Below are positions 11,401-26,400 of a stretch of DNA of 64,000 nucleotides, one piece after another. This DNA comes from Eledone cirrhosa (lineage: Eukaryota): assembly GCA_964016885.1 (NCBI GenBank), contig OZ024759.1, positions 13,330,001-13,394,000 on the forward strand, read 5' to 3'. The first letter of the stretch is position 1; each line of letters opens with the position of its first letter. The notes under the pieces are model-generated. The model saw nothing but the letters and a program-made list of their open reading frames with translations, ran no database searches and was not told where the DNA came from. The position numbers and the translations under genes are program-made.

Positions 11401-14400
11401 GGAGTTTGGTTCCTCTGTGTTTAGACCTGGTGTATATGAGAGAGGGAGAGGGTGAGAGAGACAGGCAATGACAGTGGGAGTTTGGTTCCTCTGTGTTTAG
11501 ACCTGGTGTATATGAGAGAGGGAGAGGGTGAGAGAGACAGGCAATGACAGTGGGAGTTTGGTTCCTCTGTGTTTAGGACCTGGTGTATATGAGAGAGGGA
11601 GAGGGTGAGAGAGACAGGCAATGACAGTGGGAGTTTGGTTCCTCTGTGTTTAGACCTGGTGTATATGAGAGAGGGAGAGGGTGAGAGAGACAGGCAATGA
11701 CAGTGGGAGTTTGGTTCCTCTGTGTTTAGACCTGGTGTATATGAGAGAGGGAGAGGGTGAGAGAGACAGGCAATGACAGTGGGAGTTTGGTTCCTCTGTG
11801 TTTAGACCTGGTGTATATGAGAGAGGGAGAGGGTGAGAGAGACAGGCAATGACAGTGGGAGTTTGGTTCCTCTGTGTTTAGACCTGGTGTATATGAGAGA
11901 GGGAGAGGGTGAGAGAGACAGGCAATGACAGTGGGAGTTTGGTTCCTCTGTGTTTAGGACCTGGTGTATATGAGAGAGGGAGAGGGTGAGAGAGACAGGC
12001 AATGACAGTGGGAGTTTGGTTCCTCTGTGTTTAGACCTGGTGTATATGAGAGAGGGAGAGGGTGAGAGAGACAGGCAATGACAGTGGGAGTTTGGTTCCT
12101 CTGTGTTTAGACCTGGTGTATATGAGAGAGGGAGAGGGTGAGAGAGACAGGCAATGACAGTGGGAGTTTGGTTCCTCTGTGTTTAGACCTGGTGTATATG
12201 AGAGAGGGAGAGGGTGAGAGAGACAGGCAATGACAGTGGGAGTTTGGTTCCTCTGTGTTTAGACCTGGTGTATATGAGAGAGGGAGAGGGTGAGAGAGAC
12301 AGGCAATGACAGTGGGAGTTTGGTTCCTCTGTGTTTAGACCTGGTGTATATGAGAGAGGGAGAGGGTGAGAGAGACAGGCAATGACAGTGGGAGTTTGGT
12401 TCCTCTGTGTTTAGACCTGGTGTATATGAGAGAGGGAGAGGGTGAGAGAGACAGGCAATGACAGTGGGAGTTTGGTTCCTCTGTGTTTAGACCTGGTGTA
12501 TATGAGAGAGGGAGAGGGTGAGAGAGACAGGCAATGACAGTGGGAGTTTGGTTCCTCTGTGTTTAGACCTGGTGTATATGAGAGAGGGAGAGGGTGAGAG
12601 AGACAGGCAATGACAGTGGGAGTTTGGTTCCTCTGTGTTTAGACCTGGTGTATATGAGAGAGGGAGAGGGTGAGAGAGACAGGCAATGACAGTGGGAGTT
12701 TGGTTCCTCTGTGTTTAGACCTGGTGTATATGAGAGAGGGAGAGGGTGAGAGAGACAGGCAATGACAGTGGGAGTTTGGTTCCTCTGTGTTTAGACCTGG
12801 TGTATATGAGAGAGGGAGAGGGTGAGAGAGACAGGCAATGACAGTGGGAGTTTGGTTCCTCTGTGTTTAGACCTGGTGTATATGAGAGAGGGAGAGGGTG
12901 AGAGAGACAGGCAATGACAGTGGGAGTTTGGTTCCTCTGTGTTTAGACCTGGTGTATATGAGAGAGGGAGAGGGTGAGAGAGACAGGCAATGACAGTGGG
13001 AGTTTGGTTCCTCTGTGTTTAGACCTGGTGTATATGAGAGAGGGAGAGGGTGAGAGAGACAGGCAATGACAGTGGGAGTTTGGTTCCTCTGTGTTTAGGA
13101 CCTGGTGTATATGAGAGAGGGAGAGGGTGAGAGAGACAGGCAATGACAGTGGGAGTTTGGTTCCTCTGTGTTTAGACCTGGTGTATATGAGAGAGGGAGA
13201 GGGTGAGAGAGACAGGCAATGACAGTGGGAGTTTGGTTCCTCTGTGTTTAGACCTGGTGTATATGAGAGAGGGAGAGGGTGAGAGAGACAGGCAATGACA
13301 GTGGGAGTTTGGTTCCTCTGTGTTTAGACCTGGTGTATATGAGAGAGGGAGAGGGTGAGAGAGACAGGCAATGACAGTGGGAGTTTGGTTCCTCTGTGTT
13401 TAGACCTGGTGTATATGAGAGAGGGAGAGGGGTGAGAGAGACAGGCAATGACAGTGGGAGTTTGGTCTCTCTGTGTTTAGGACCTGGTGTATATGAGAGA
13501 GGGAGAGGGTGAGAGAGACAGGCAATGACAGTGGGAGTTTGGTTCCTCTGTGTTTAGACCTGGTGTATATGAGAGAGGGAGAGGGTGAGAGAGACAGGCA
13601 ATGACAGTGGGAGTTTGGCTCCTTCTGTGTTTAGACCTGGTGTATATGAGAGAGGGAGAGGGTGAGAGAGACAGGCAATGACAGTGGGAGTTTGGTTCCT
13701 CTGTGTTTAGGACCTGGTGTATATGAGAGAGGGAGAGGGTGAGAGAGACAGGCAATGACAGTGGGAGTTTGGTTCCTCTGTGTTTAGACCTGGTGTATAT
13801 GAGAGAGGGAGAGGGTGAGAGAGACAGGCAATGACAGTGGGAGTTTGGTTCCTCTGTGTTTAGACCTGGTGTATATGAGAGAGGGAGAGGGTGAGAGAGA
13901 CAGGCAATGACAGTGGGAGTTTGGTTCCTCTGTGTTTAGACCTGGTGTATATGAGAGAGGGAGAGGGTGAGAGAGACAGGCAATGACAGTGGGAGTTTGG
14001 TTCCTCTGTGTTTAGACCTGGTGTATATGAGAGAGGGAGAGGGTGAGAGAGACAGGCAATGACAGTGGGAGTTTGGTTCCTCTGTGTTTAGACCTGGTGT
14101 ATATGAGAGAGGGAGAGGGTGAGAGAGACAGGCAATGACAGTGGGAGTTTGGCTCTTCTGTGTTTAGACCTGGTGTATATGAGAGAGGGAGAGGGTGAGA
14201 GAGACAGGCAATGACAGTGGGAGTTTGGTTCCTCTGTGTTTAGACCTGGTGTATATGAGAGAGGGAGAGGGTGAGAGAGACAGGCAATGACAGTGGGAGT
14301 TTGGTTCCTCTGTGTTTGGACCTGGTGTATATGAGAGAGGGAGAGGGTGAGAGAGACAGGCAATGACAGTGGGAGTTTGGTTCCTCTGTGTTTAGACCTG

Positions 14401-17400
14401 GTGTATATGAGAGAGGGAGAGGGTGAGAGAGACAGGCAATGACAGTGGGAGTTTGGTTCCTCTGTGTTTGGACCTGGTGTATATGAGAGAGGGAGAGGGT
14501 GAGAGAGACAGGCAATGACAGTGGGAGTTTGGTTCCTCTGTGTTTAGACCTGGTGTATATGAGAGAGGGAGAGGGTGAGAGAGACAGGCAATGACAGTGG
14601 GAGTTTGGTTCCTCTGTGTTTAGACCTGGTGTATATGAGAGAGGGAGAGGGTGAGAGAGACAGGCAATGACAGTGGGAGTTTGGTTCCTCTGTGTTTAGA
14701 CCTGGTGTATATGAGAGAGGGAGAGGGTGAGAGAGACAGGCAATGACAGTGGGAGTTTGGTTCCTCTGTGTTTAGACCTGGTGTATATGAGAGAGGGAGA
14801 GGGTGAGAGAGACAGGCAATGACAGTGGGAGTTTGGCTTCCTCTGTGTTTAGACCTGGTGTATATGAGAGAGGGAGAGGGTGAGAGAGACAGGCAATGAC
14901 AGTGGGAGTTTGGTTCCTCTGTGTTTAGACCTGGTGTATATGAGAGAGGGAGAGGGTGAGAGAGACAGGCAATGACAGTGGGAGTTTGGTTCCTCTGTGT
15001 TTGGACCTGGTGTATATGAGAGAGGGAGAGGGTGAGAGAGACAGGCAATGACAGTGGGAGTTTGGTTCCTCTGTGTTTGGACCTGGTGTATATGAGAGAG
15101 GGAGAGGGTGAGAGAGACAGGCAATGACAGTGGGAGTTTGGTTCCTCTGTGTTTAGACCTGGTGTATATGAGAGAGGGAGAGGGTGAGAGAGACAGGCAA
15201 TGACAGTGGGAGTTTGGTTCCTCTGTGTTTGGACCTGGTGTATATGAGAGAGGGAGAGGGTGAGAGAGACAGGCAATGACAGTGGGAGTTTGGTTCCTCT
15301 GTGTTTAGACCTGGTGTATATGAGAGAGGGAGAGGGTGAGAGAGACAGGCAATGACAGTGGGAGTTTGGTTCCTCTGTGTTTAGACCTGGTGTATATGAG
15401 AGAGGGAGAGGGTGAGAGAGACAGGCAATGACAGTGGGAGTTTGGTTCCTCTGTGTTTAGGACCTGGTGTATATGAGAGAGGGAGAGGGTGAGAGAGACA
15501 GGCAATGACAGTGGGAGTTTGGTTCCTCTGTGTTTAGACCTGGTGTATATGAGAGAGGGAGAGGGTGAGAGAGACAGGCAATGACAGTGGGAGTTTGGTT
15601 CCTCTGTGTTTAGACCTGGTGTATATGAGAGAGGGAGAGGGTGAGAGAGACAGGCAATGACAGTGGGAGTTTGGTTCCTCTGTGTTTAGACCTGGTGTAT
15701 ATGAGAGAGGGAGAGGGTGAGAGAGACAGGCAATGACAGTGGGAGTTTGGTTCCTCTGTGTTTAGACCTGGTGTATATGAGAGAGGGAGAGGGTGAGAGA
15801 GACAGGCAATGACAGTGGGAGTTTGGTTCCTCTGTGTTTAGGACCTGGTGTATATGAGAGAGGGAGAGGGTGAGAGAGACAGGCAATGACAGTGGGAGTT
15901 TGGTTCCTCTGTGTTTAGACCTGGTGTATATGAGAGAGGGAGAGGGTGAGAGAGACAGGCAATGACAGTGGGAGTTTGGTTCCTCTGTGTTTAGACCTGG
16001 TGTATATGAGAGAGGGAGAGGGTGAGAGAGACAGGCAATGACAGTGGGAGTTTGGTTCCTCTGTGTTTAGACCTGGTGTATATGAGAGAGGGAGAGGGTG
16101 AGAGAGACAGGCAATGACAGTGGGAGTTTGGTTCCTCTGTGTTTGGACCTGGTGTATATGAGAGAGGGAGAGGGTGAGAGAGACAGGCAATGACAGTGGG
16201 AGTTTGGTTCCTCTGTGTTTGGACCTGGTGTATATGAGAGGGGGAGAGGGTGAGAGAGACAGGCAATGACAGTGGGAGTTTGGTTCCTCTGTGTTTAGAC
16301 CTGGTGTATATGAGAGAGGGAGAGGGTGAGAGAGACAGGCAATGACAGTGGGAGTTTGGTTCCTCTGTGTTTGGACCTGGTGTATATGAGAGAGGGAGAG
16401 GGTGAGAGAGACAGGCAATGACAGTGGGAGTTTGGTTCCTCTGTGTTTAGACCTGGTGTATATGAGAGAGGGAGAGGGTGAGAGAGACAGGCAATGACAG
16501 TGGGAGTTTGGTTCCTCTGTGTTTAGACCTGGTGTATATGAGAGAGGGAGAGGGTGAGAGAGACAGGCAATGACAGTGGGAGTTTGGTTCCTCTGTGTTT
16601 AGACCTGGTGTATATGAGAGAGGGAGAGGGTGAGAGAGACAGGCAATGACAGTGGGAGTTTGGTTCCTCTGTGTTTAGACCTGGTGTATATGAGAGAGGA
16701 GAGGGTGAGAGAGACAGGCAATGACAGTGGGAGTTTGGTTCCTCTGTGTTTAGACCTGGTGTATATGAGAGAGGGAGAGGGTGAGAGAGACAGGCAATGA
16801 CAGTGGGAGTTTGGTTCCTCTGTGTTTAGACCTGGTGTATATGAGAGAGGGAGAGGGTGAGAGAGACAGGCAATGACAGTGGGAGTTTGGTTCCTCTGTG
16901 TTTGGACCTGGTGTATATGAGAGAGGGAGAGGGTGAGAGAGACAGGCAATGACAGTGGGAGTTTGGTTCCTCTGTGTTTGGACCTGGTGTATATGAGAGA
17001 GGGAGAGGGTGAGAGAGACAGGCAATGACAGTGGGAGTTTGGTTCCTCTGTGTTTAGACCTGGTGTATATGAGAGAGGGAGAGGGTGAGAGAGACAGGCA
17101 ATGACAGTGGGAGTTTGGTTCCTCTGTGTTTAGACCTGGTGTATATGAGAGAGGGAGAGGGTGAGAGAGACAGGCAATGACAGTGGGAGTTTGGTTCCTC
17201 TGTGTTTAGGACCTGGTGTATATGAGAGAGGGAGAGGGTGAGAGAGACAGGCAATGACAGTGGGAGTTTGGTTCCTCTGTGTTTAGACCTGGTGTATATG
17301 AGAGAGGGAGAGGGTGAGAGAGACAGGCAATGACAGTGGGAGTTTGGTTCCTCTGTGTTTAGACCTGGTGTATATGAGAGAGGGAGAGGGTGAGAGAGAC

Positions 17401-20400
17401 AGGCAATGACAGTGGGAGTTTGGTTCCTCTGTGTTTAGACCTGGTGTATATGAGAGAGGGAGAGGGTGAGAGAGACAGGCAATGACAGTGGGAGTTTGGT
17501 TCCTCTGTGTTTAGACCTGGTGTATATGAGAGAGGGAGAGGGTGAGAGAGACAGGCAATGACAGTGGGAGTTTGGTTCCTCTGTGTTTAGACCTGGTGTA
17601 TATGAGAGAGGGAGAGGGTGAGAGAGACAGGCAATGACAGTGGGAGTTTGGTTCCTCTGTGTTTAGACCTGGTGTATATGAGAGAGGGAGAGGGTGAGAG
17701 AGACAGGCAATGACAGTGGGAGTTTGGTTCCTCTGTGTTTGGACCTGGTGTATATGAGAGAGGGAGAGGGTGAGAGAGACAGGCAATGACAGTGGGAGTT
17801 TGGTTCCTCTGTGTTTGGACCTGGTGTATATGAGAGAGGGAGAGGGTGAGAGAGACAGGCAATGACAGTGGGAGTTTGGTTCCTCTGTGTTTAGGACCTG
17901 GTGTATATGAGAGAGGGAGAGGGTGAGAGAGACAGGCAATGACAGTGGGAGTTTGGTTCCTCTGTGTTTGGACCTGGTGTATATGAGAGAGGGAGAGGGT
18001 GAGAGAGACAGGCAATGACAGTGGGAGTTTGGTTCCTCTGTGTTTAGACCTGGTGTATATGAGAGAGGGAGAGGGTGAGAGAGACAGGCAATGACAGTGG
18101 GAGTTTGGTTCCTCTGTGTTTAGACCTGGTGTATATGAGAGAGGGAGAGGGTGAGAGAGACAGGCAATGACAGTGGGAGTTTGGTTCCTCTGTGTTTAGA
18201 CCTGGTGTATATGAGAGAGGGAGAGGGTGAGAGAGACAGGCAATGACAGTGGGAGTTTGGTTCCTCTGTGCTGTGTTTAGACCCGGTGTATATGAGAGAG
18301 GGAGAGGGTGAGAGAGACAGGCAATGACAGTGGGAGTTTGGTTCCTCTGTGTTTAGACCTGGTGTATATGAGAGAGGGTGAGGGGTGAGAGAGACAGGCA
18401 ATGACAGTGGGAGTTTGGTTCCTCTGTGTTTAGACCTGGTGTATATGAGAGAGGGTGAGGGTGAGAGAGACAGGCAATGACAGTGGGAGTTTGGTTCCTC
18501 TGTGTTTAGACCTGGTGTATATGAGAGAGGGTGAGGGTGAGAGAGACAGGCAATGACAGTGGGAGTTTGGTTCCTCTGTGTTTGGACCTGGTGTATATGA
18601 GAGAGGGAGAGGGTGAGAGAGACAGGCAATGACAGTGGGAGTTTGGTTCCTCTGTGTTTAGACCCGGTGTATATGAGAGAGGGAGAGGGTGAGAGAGACA
18701 GGCAATGACAGTGGGAGTTTGGTTCCTCTGTGTTTAGACCTGGTGTATATGAGAGAGGGTGAGGGTGAGAGAGACAGGCAATGACAGTGGGAGTTTGGTT
18801 CCTCTGTGTTTAGACCTGGTGTATATGAGAGAGGGTGAGGGTGAGAGAGACAGGCAATGACAGTGGGAGTTTGGTTCCTCTGTGTTTAGACCTGGTGTAT
18901 ATGAGAGAGGGTGAGGGTGAGAGAGACAGGCAATGACAGTGGGAGTTTGGTTCCTCTGTGTTTAGACCCTGGTGTATATGAGAGAGGGAGAGGGTGAGAG
19001 AGACAGGCAATGACAGTGGGAGTTTGGTTCCTCTGTGTTTAGACCTGGTGTATATGAGAGAGGGAGAGGGTGAGAGAGACAGGCAATGACAGTGGGAGTT
19101 TGGTTCCTCTGTGTTTAGACCTGGTGTATATGAGAGAGGGTGAGGGTGAGAGAGACAGGCAATGACAGTGGGAGTTTGGTTCCTCTGTGTTTAGACCTGG
19201 TGTATATGAGAGAGGGAGAGGGTGAGAGAGACAGGCAATGACAGTGGGAGTTTGGTTCCTCTGTGTTTGGACCTGGTGTATATGAGAGAGGGAGAGGGTG
19301 AGAGAGACAGGCAATGACAGTGGGAGTTTGGTTCCTCTGTGTTTGGACCTGGTGTATATGAGAGAGGGAGAGGGTGAGAGAGACAGGCAATGACAGTGGG
19401 AGTTTGGTTCCTCTGTGTTTGACCTGGTGTATATGAGAGAGGGAGAGGGTGAGAGAGACAGGCAATGACAGTGGGAGTTTGGTTCCTCTGTGTTTGGACC
19501 TGGTGTATATGAGAGAGGGAGAGGGTGAGAGAGACAGGCAATGACAGTGGGAGTTTGGTTCCTCTGTGTTTAGGACCTGGTGTATATGAGAGAGGGAGAG
19601 GGTGAGAGAGACAGGCAATGACAGTGGGAGTTTGGTTCCTCTGTGTTTGGACCTGGTGTATATGAGAGAGGGAGAGGGTGAGAGAGACAGGCAATGACAG
19701 TGGGAGTTTGGTTCCTCTGTGTTTAGGACCTGGTGTATATGAGAGAGGGAGAGGGTGAGAGAGACAGGCAATGACAGTGGGAGTTTGGTTCCTCTGTGTT
19801 TGGACCTGGTGTATATGAGAGAGGGAGAGGGTGAGAGAGACAGGCAATGACAGTGGGAGTTTGGTTCCTCTGTGTTTAGACCTGGTGTATATGAGAGAGG
19901 GTGAGGGTGAGAGAGACAGGCAATGACAGTGGGAGTTTGGTTCCTCTGTGTTTAGACCTGGTGTATATGAGAGAGGGAGAGGGTGAGAGAGACAGGCAAT
20001 GACAGTGGGAGTTTGGTTCCTCTGTGTTTAGACCTGGTGTATATGAGAGAGGGTGAGGGTGAGAGAGACAGGCAATGACAGTGGGAGTTTGGTTCCTCTG
20101 TGTTTAGACCCGGTGTATATGAGAGAGGGTGAGGGTGAGAGAGACAGGCAATGACAGTGGGAGTTTGGTTCCTCTGTGTTTAGACCCGGTGTATATGAGA
20201 GAGGGAGAGGGTGAGAGAGACAGGCAATGACAGTGGGAGTTTGGTTCCTCTGTGTTTAGACCTGGTGTATATGAGAGGTGGGGAGGGTGAGAGAGACAGG
20301 CAATGACAGTGGGAGTTTGGTTCCTCTGTGTTTAGACCTGGTGTATATGAGAGAGGGAGAGGGTGAGAGAGACAGGCAATGACAGTGGGAGTTTGGTTCC

Positions 20401-23400
20401 TCTGTGTTTAGACCTGGTGTATATGAGAGGAGGGTGAGGGTGAGAGAGACAGGCAATGACAGTGGGAGTTTGGTTCCTCTGTGTTTAGACCTGGTGTATA
20501 TGAGAGAGGGAGAGGGTGAGAGAGACAGGCAATGACAGTGGGAGTTTGGTTCCTCTGTGTTTAGACCTGGTGTATATGAGAGAGGGTGAGGGTGAGAGAG
20601 ACAGGCAATGACAGTGGGAGTTTGGTTCCTCTGTGTTTGGACCTGGTGTATATGAGAGAGGGAGAGGGTGAGAGAGACAGGCAATGACAGTGGGAGTTTG
20701 GTTCCTCTGTGTTTGGACCTGGTGTATATGAGAGGTGGGGAGGGTGAGAGAGACAGGCAATGACAGTGGGAGTTTGGTTCCTCTGTGTTTAGACCTGGTG
20801 TATATGAGAGAGGGTGAGGGTGAGAGAGACAGGCAATGACAGTGGGAGTTTGGTTCCTCTGTGTTTAGACCTGGTGTATATGAGAGAGGTAGAGGGTGAG
20901 AGAGACAGGCAATGACAGTGGGAGTTTGGTTCCTCTGTGTTTAGACCTGGTGTATATGAGAGAGGGAGAGGGTGAGAGAGACAGGCAATGACAGTGGGAG
21001 TTTGGTTCCTCTGTGTTTAGACCTGGTGTATATGAGAGAGGGTGAGGGTGAGAGAGACAGGCAATGACAGTGGGAGTTTGGTTCCTCTGTGTTTAGACCT
21101 GGTGTATATGAGAGAGGGAGAGGGTGAGAGAGACAGGCAATGACAGTGGGAGTTTGGTTCCTCTGTGTTTAGACCTGGTGTATATGAGAGAGGGAGAGGG
21201 TGAGAGAGACAGGCAATGACAGTGGGAGTTTGGTTCCTCTGTGTTTGGACCTGGTGTATATGAGAGAGGGAGAGGGTGAGAGAGACAGGCAATGACAGTG
21301 GGAGTTTGGTTCCTCTGTGTTTAGACCTGGTGTATATGAGAGAGGGAGAGGGTGAGAGAGACAGGCAATGACAGTGGGAGTTTGGTTCCTCTGTGTTTAG
21401 ACCTGGTGTATATGAGAGAGGGTGAGGGTGAGAGAGACAGGCAATGACAGTGGGAGTTTGGTTCCTCTGTGTTTAGACCTGGTGTATATGAGAGAGGGAG
21501 AGGGTGAGAGAGACAGGCAATGACAGTGGGAGTTTGGTTCCTCTGTGTTTAGACCCTGGTGTATATGAGAGAGGGAGAGGGTGAGAGAGACAGGCAATGA
21601 CAGTGGGAGTTTGGTTCCTCTGTGTTTAGACCTGGTGTATATGAGAGAGGGTGAGGGTGAGAGAGACAGGCAATGACAGTGGGAGTTTGGTTCCTCTGTG
21701 TTTAGACCTGGTGTATATGAGAGAGGGAGAGGGTGAGAGAGACAGGCAATGACAGTGGGAGTTTGGTTCCTCTGTGTTTAGACCTGGTGTATATGAGAGA
21801 GGGTGAGGGTGAGAGAGACAGGCAATGACAGTGGGAGTTTGGTTCCTCTGTGTTTAGACCTGGTGTATATGAGAGAGGGTGAGGGTGAGAGAGACAGGCA
21901 ATGACAGTGGGAGTTTGGTTCCTCTGTGTTTAGACCCTGGTGTATATGAGAGAGGGAGAGGGTGAGAGAGACAGGCAATGACAGTGGGAGTTTGGTTCCT
22001 CTGTGTTTAGACCTGGTGTATATGAGAGGTGGGAGAGGGTGAGAGAGACAGGCAATGACAGTGGGAGTTTGGTTCCTCTGTGTTTGGACCTGGTGTATAT
22101 GAGAGAGGGTGAGGGTGAGAGAGACAGGCAATGACAGTGGGAGTTTGGTTCCTCTGTGTTTAGACCTGGTGTATATGAGAGAGGGTGAGGGTGAGAGAGA
22201 CAGGCAATGACAGTGGGAGTTTGGTTCCTCTGTGTTTAGACCTGGTGTATATGAGAGAGGGAGAGGGTGAGAGAGACAGGCAATGACAGTGGGAGTTTGG
22301 TTCCTCTGTGTTTAGACCTGGTGTATATGAGAGGTGGGAGAGGGTGAGAGAGACAGGCAATGACAGTGGGAGTTTGGTTCCTCTGTGTTTGGACCTGGTG
22401 TATATGAGAGAGGGAGAGGGTGAGAGAGACAGGCAATGACAGTGGGAGTTTGGTTCCTCTGTGTTTAGACCCGGTGTATATGAGAGAGGGAGAGGGTGAG
22501 AGAGACAGGCAATGACAGTGGGAGTTTGGTTCCTCTGTGTTTGGACCTGGTGTATATGAGAGAGGGTGAGGGTGAGAGAGACAGGCAATGACAGTGGGAG
22601 TTTGGTTCCTCTGTGTTTAGACCTGGTGTATATGAGAGAGGGAGAGGGTGAGAGAGACAGGCAATGACAGTGGGAGTTTGGTTCCTCTGTGTTTAGACCT
22701 GGTGTATATGAGAGAGGGAGAGGGTGAGAGAGACAGGCAATGACAGTGGGAGTTTGGTTCCTCTGTGTTTAGACCCGGTGTATATGAGAGAGGGAGAGGG
22801 TGAGAGAGACAGGCAATGACAGTGGGAGTTTGGTTCCTCTGTGTTTAGACCTGGTGTATATGAGAGAGGGAGAGGGTGAGAGAGACAGGCAATGACAGTG
22901 GGAGTTTGGTTCCTCTGTGTTTAGACCTGGTGTATATGAGAGAGGGAGAGGGTGAGAGAGACAGGCAATGACAGTGGGAGTTTGGTTCCTCTGTGTTTAG
23001 ACCTGGTGTATATGAGAGAGGGTGAGGGTGAGAGAGACAGGCAATGACAGTGGGAGTTTGGTTCCTCTGTGTTTAGACCTGGTGTATATGAGAGAGGGAG
23101 AGGGTGAGAGAGACAGTCAATGACAGTGGGAGTTTGGTTCCTCTGTGTTTAGACCTGGTGTATATGAGAGAGGGTGAGGGTGAGAGAGACAGGCAATGAC
23201 AGTGGGAGTTTGGTTCCTCTGTGTTTAGACCTGGTGTATATGAGAGAGGGAGAGGGTGAGAGAGAGACAGTCAATGACAGTGGGAAGTGGGAGTTTTGGT
23301 TCCTCTGTGTTTAGACATGGTGTATATGAGAGAGGGTGAGGTGAGAGAGACAGGGCAATGACAGTGGGAGTTTGGTTCCTCTGTGTTTAGACCTGGTGTA

Positions 23401-26400
23401 TATGAGAGAGGGTGAGGTGAGAGAGACAGGCAAATGACAGTGGGAGTTTGGTTCCTCTGTGTTTGGACCTGGTGTATATGAGAGAGGGTGAGGAGGTGAG
23501 AGAGACAGTCAATGACAGTGGGAGTTTGTTCCTCTGTGTTTAGACCTGGTGTATATGAGAGAGGGTGAGGGTTGAGAGAGACAGTCAATGACAGTGGGAG
23601 TTTGGTTCCTCTGTGTTTGGACCTGGTGTATATGAGAGGGTGAGGGTGAGAGAGACAGGCAATGACAGTGGGAGTTTGGTTCCTCTGTGTTTGGACCTGG
23701 TGTATATGAGAGAGGGAGAGGGTGAGAGAGACAGGCAATGACAGTGGGAGTTTGGTTCCTCTGTGTTTAGACCTGGTGTATATGAGAGAGGGAGAGGGTG
23801 AGAGAGACAGTCAATGACAGTGGGAGTTTGGTTCCTCTGTGTTTAGACCTGGTGTATATGAGAGAGGGAGAGGGTGAGAGAGACAGTCAATGACAGTGGG
23901 AGTTTGGTTCCTCTGTGTTTGGACCTGGTGTATATGAGAGAGGTGAGGGTGAGAGAGACAGGCAATGACAGTGGGAGTTTGGTTCCTCTGTGTTTGGACC
24001 TGGTGTATATGAGAGAGGGAGAGGGTGAGAGAGACAGGCAATGACAGTGGGAGTTTGGTTCCTCTGTGTTTAGACCTGGTGTATATGAGAGAGGGAGAGG
24101 GTGAGAGAGACAGTCAATGACAGTGGGAGTTGGTTCCTCTGTGTTTAGACCTGGTGTATATGAGAGAGGGTGAGGGTGAGAGAGACAGTCAATGACAGTG
24201 GGAGTTTGGTTCCTCTGTGTTTAGACCTGGTGTATATGAGAGGGTGAGGGTGAGAGAGACAGGCAATGACAGTGGGAGTTTGGTTCCTCTGTGTTTGGAC
24301 CTGGTGTATATGAGAGAGGGAGAGGGTGAGAGAGACAGGCAATGACAGTGGGAGTTTGGTTCCTCTGTGTTTAGACCTGGTGTATATGAGAGAGGGAGAG
24401 GGTGAGAGAGACAGGCAATGACAGTGGGAGTTTGGTCCTCTGTGTTTAGACCTGGTGTATATGAGAGAGGGTGAGGGTGAGAGAGACAGGCAATGACAGT
24501 GGGAGTTTGGTTCCTCTGTGTTTGACCTGGTGTATATGAGAGAGGGAGAGGGTGAGAGAGACAGGCAATGACAGTGGGAGTTTGGTTCCTCTGTGTTTAG
24601 ACCTGGTGTATATGAGAGAGGGAGAGGGTGAGAGAGACAGGCAATGACAGTGGGAGTTTGGTTCCTCTGTGTTTAGACCTGGTGCATATGAGAGAGGGAG
24701 AGGGTGAGAGAGACAGGCAATGACAGTGGGAGTTTGGTTCCTCTGTGTTTGGACTGGTGTATATGAGAGAGGGAGAGGGTGAGAGAGACAGGCAATGACA
24801 GTGGGAGTTTGGTTCCTCTGTGTTTAGACCTGGTGTATATGAGAGAGGGAGAGGGTGAGAGAGACAGGCAATGACAGTGGGAGTTTGGTTCCTCTGTGTT
24901 TGGACCTGGTGTATATGAGAGAGGGAGAGGGTGAGAGAGACAGGCAATGACAGTGGGAGTTTGGTTCCTCTGTGTTTATGACCTGGTGTATATGAGAGAG
25001 GGAGAGGGTGAGAGAGACAGGCAATGACAGTGGGAGTTTGGTTCCTCTGTGTTTGGACCTGGTGTATATGAGAGAGGGAGAGGGTGAGAGAGACAGGCAA
25101 TGACAGTGGGAGTTTGGTTCCTCTGTGTTTAGACCTGGTGTATATGAGAGAGGGAGAGGGTGAGAGAGACAGGCAATGACAGTGGGAGTTTGGTTCCTCT
25201 GTGTTTAGACCTGGTGTATATGAGAGAGGGTGAGGGTGAGAGAGACAGGCAATGACAGTGGGAGTTTGGTTCCTCTGTGTTTAGACCTGGTGTATATGAG
25301 AGAGGGTGAGGGTGAGAGAGACAGGCAATGACAGTGGGAGTTTGGTTCCTCTGTGTTTAGACCTGGTGTATATGAGAGAGGGAGAGGGTGAGAGAGACAG
25401 GCAATGACAGTGGGGAGTTTGGTTCCTCTGTGTTTGGACCTGGTGTATATGAGAGAGGGAGAGGGTGAGAGAGACAGGCAATGACAGTGGGAGTTTGGTT
25501 CCTCTGTGTTTGGACCCTGGTGTATATGAGAGAGGGAGAGGGTGAGAGAGACAGGCAATGACAGTGGGAGTTTGGTTCCTCTGTGTTTGGACCTGGTGTA
25601 TATGAGAGAGGGTGAGGGTGAGAGAGACAGGCAATGACAGTGGGAGTTTGGTTCCTCTGTGTTTAGACCCGGTGTATATGAGAGAGGGAGAGGGTGAGAG
25701 AGACAGGCAATGACAGTGGGAGTTTGGTTCCTCTGTGTTTAGACCTGGTGTATATGAGAGAGGGAGAGGGTGAGAGAGACAGGCAATGACAGTGGGAGTT
25801 TGGTTCCTCTGTGTTTGGACTGGTGTATATGAGAGAGGGAGAGGGTGAGAGAGACAGGCAATGACAGTGGGAGTTTGGTTCCTCTGTGTTTGGACCTGGT
25901 GTATATGAGAGAGGGTGAGGGTGAGAGAGACAGGCAATGACAGTGGGAGTTTGGTTCCTCTGTGTTTAGACCCGGTGTATATGAGAGAGGGAGAGGGTGA
26001 GAGAGACAGGCAATGACAGTGGGAGTTTGGTTCCTCTGTGTTTAGACCTGGTGTATATGAGAGAGGGAGAGGGTGAGAGAGACAGGCAATGACAGTGGGA
26101 GTTTGGTTCCTCTGTGTTTGGACCTGGTGTATATGAGAGAGGGAGAGGGTGAGAGAGACAGGCAATGACAGTGGGAGTTTGGTTCCTCTGTGTTTGGACC
26201 TGGTGTATATGAGAGAGGGTGAGGGTGAGAGAGACAGGCAATGACAGTGGGAGTTTGGTTCCTCTGTGTTTAGACCCGGTGTATATGAGAGAGGGAGAGG
26301 GTGAGAGAGACAGGCAATGACAGTGGGAGTTTGGTTCCTCTGTGTTTGGACCTGGTGTATATGAGAGAGGGTGAGGGTGAGAGAGACAGGCAATGACAGT

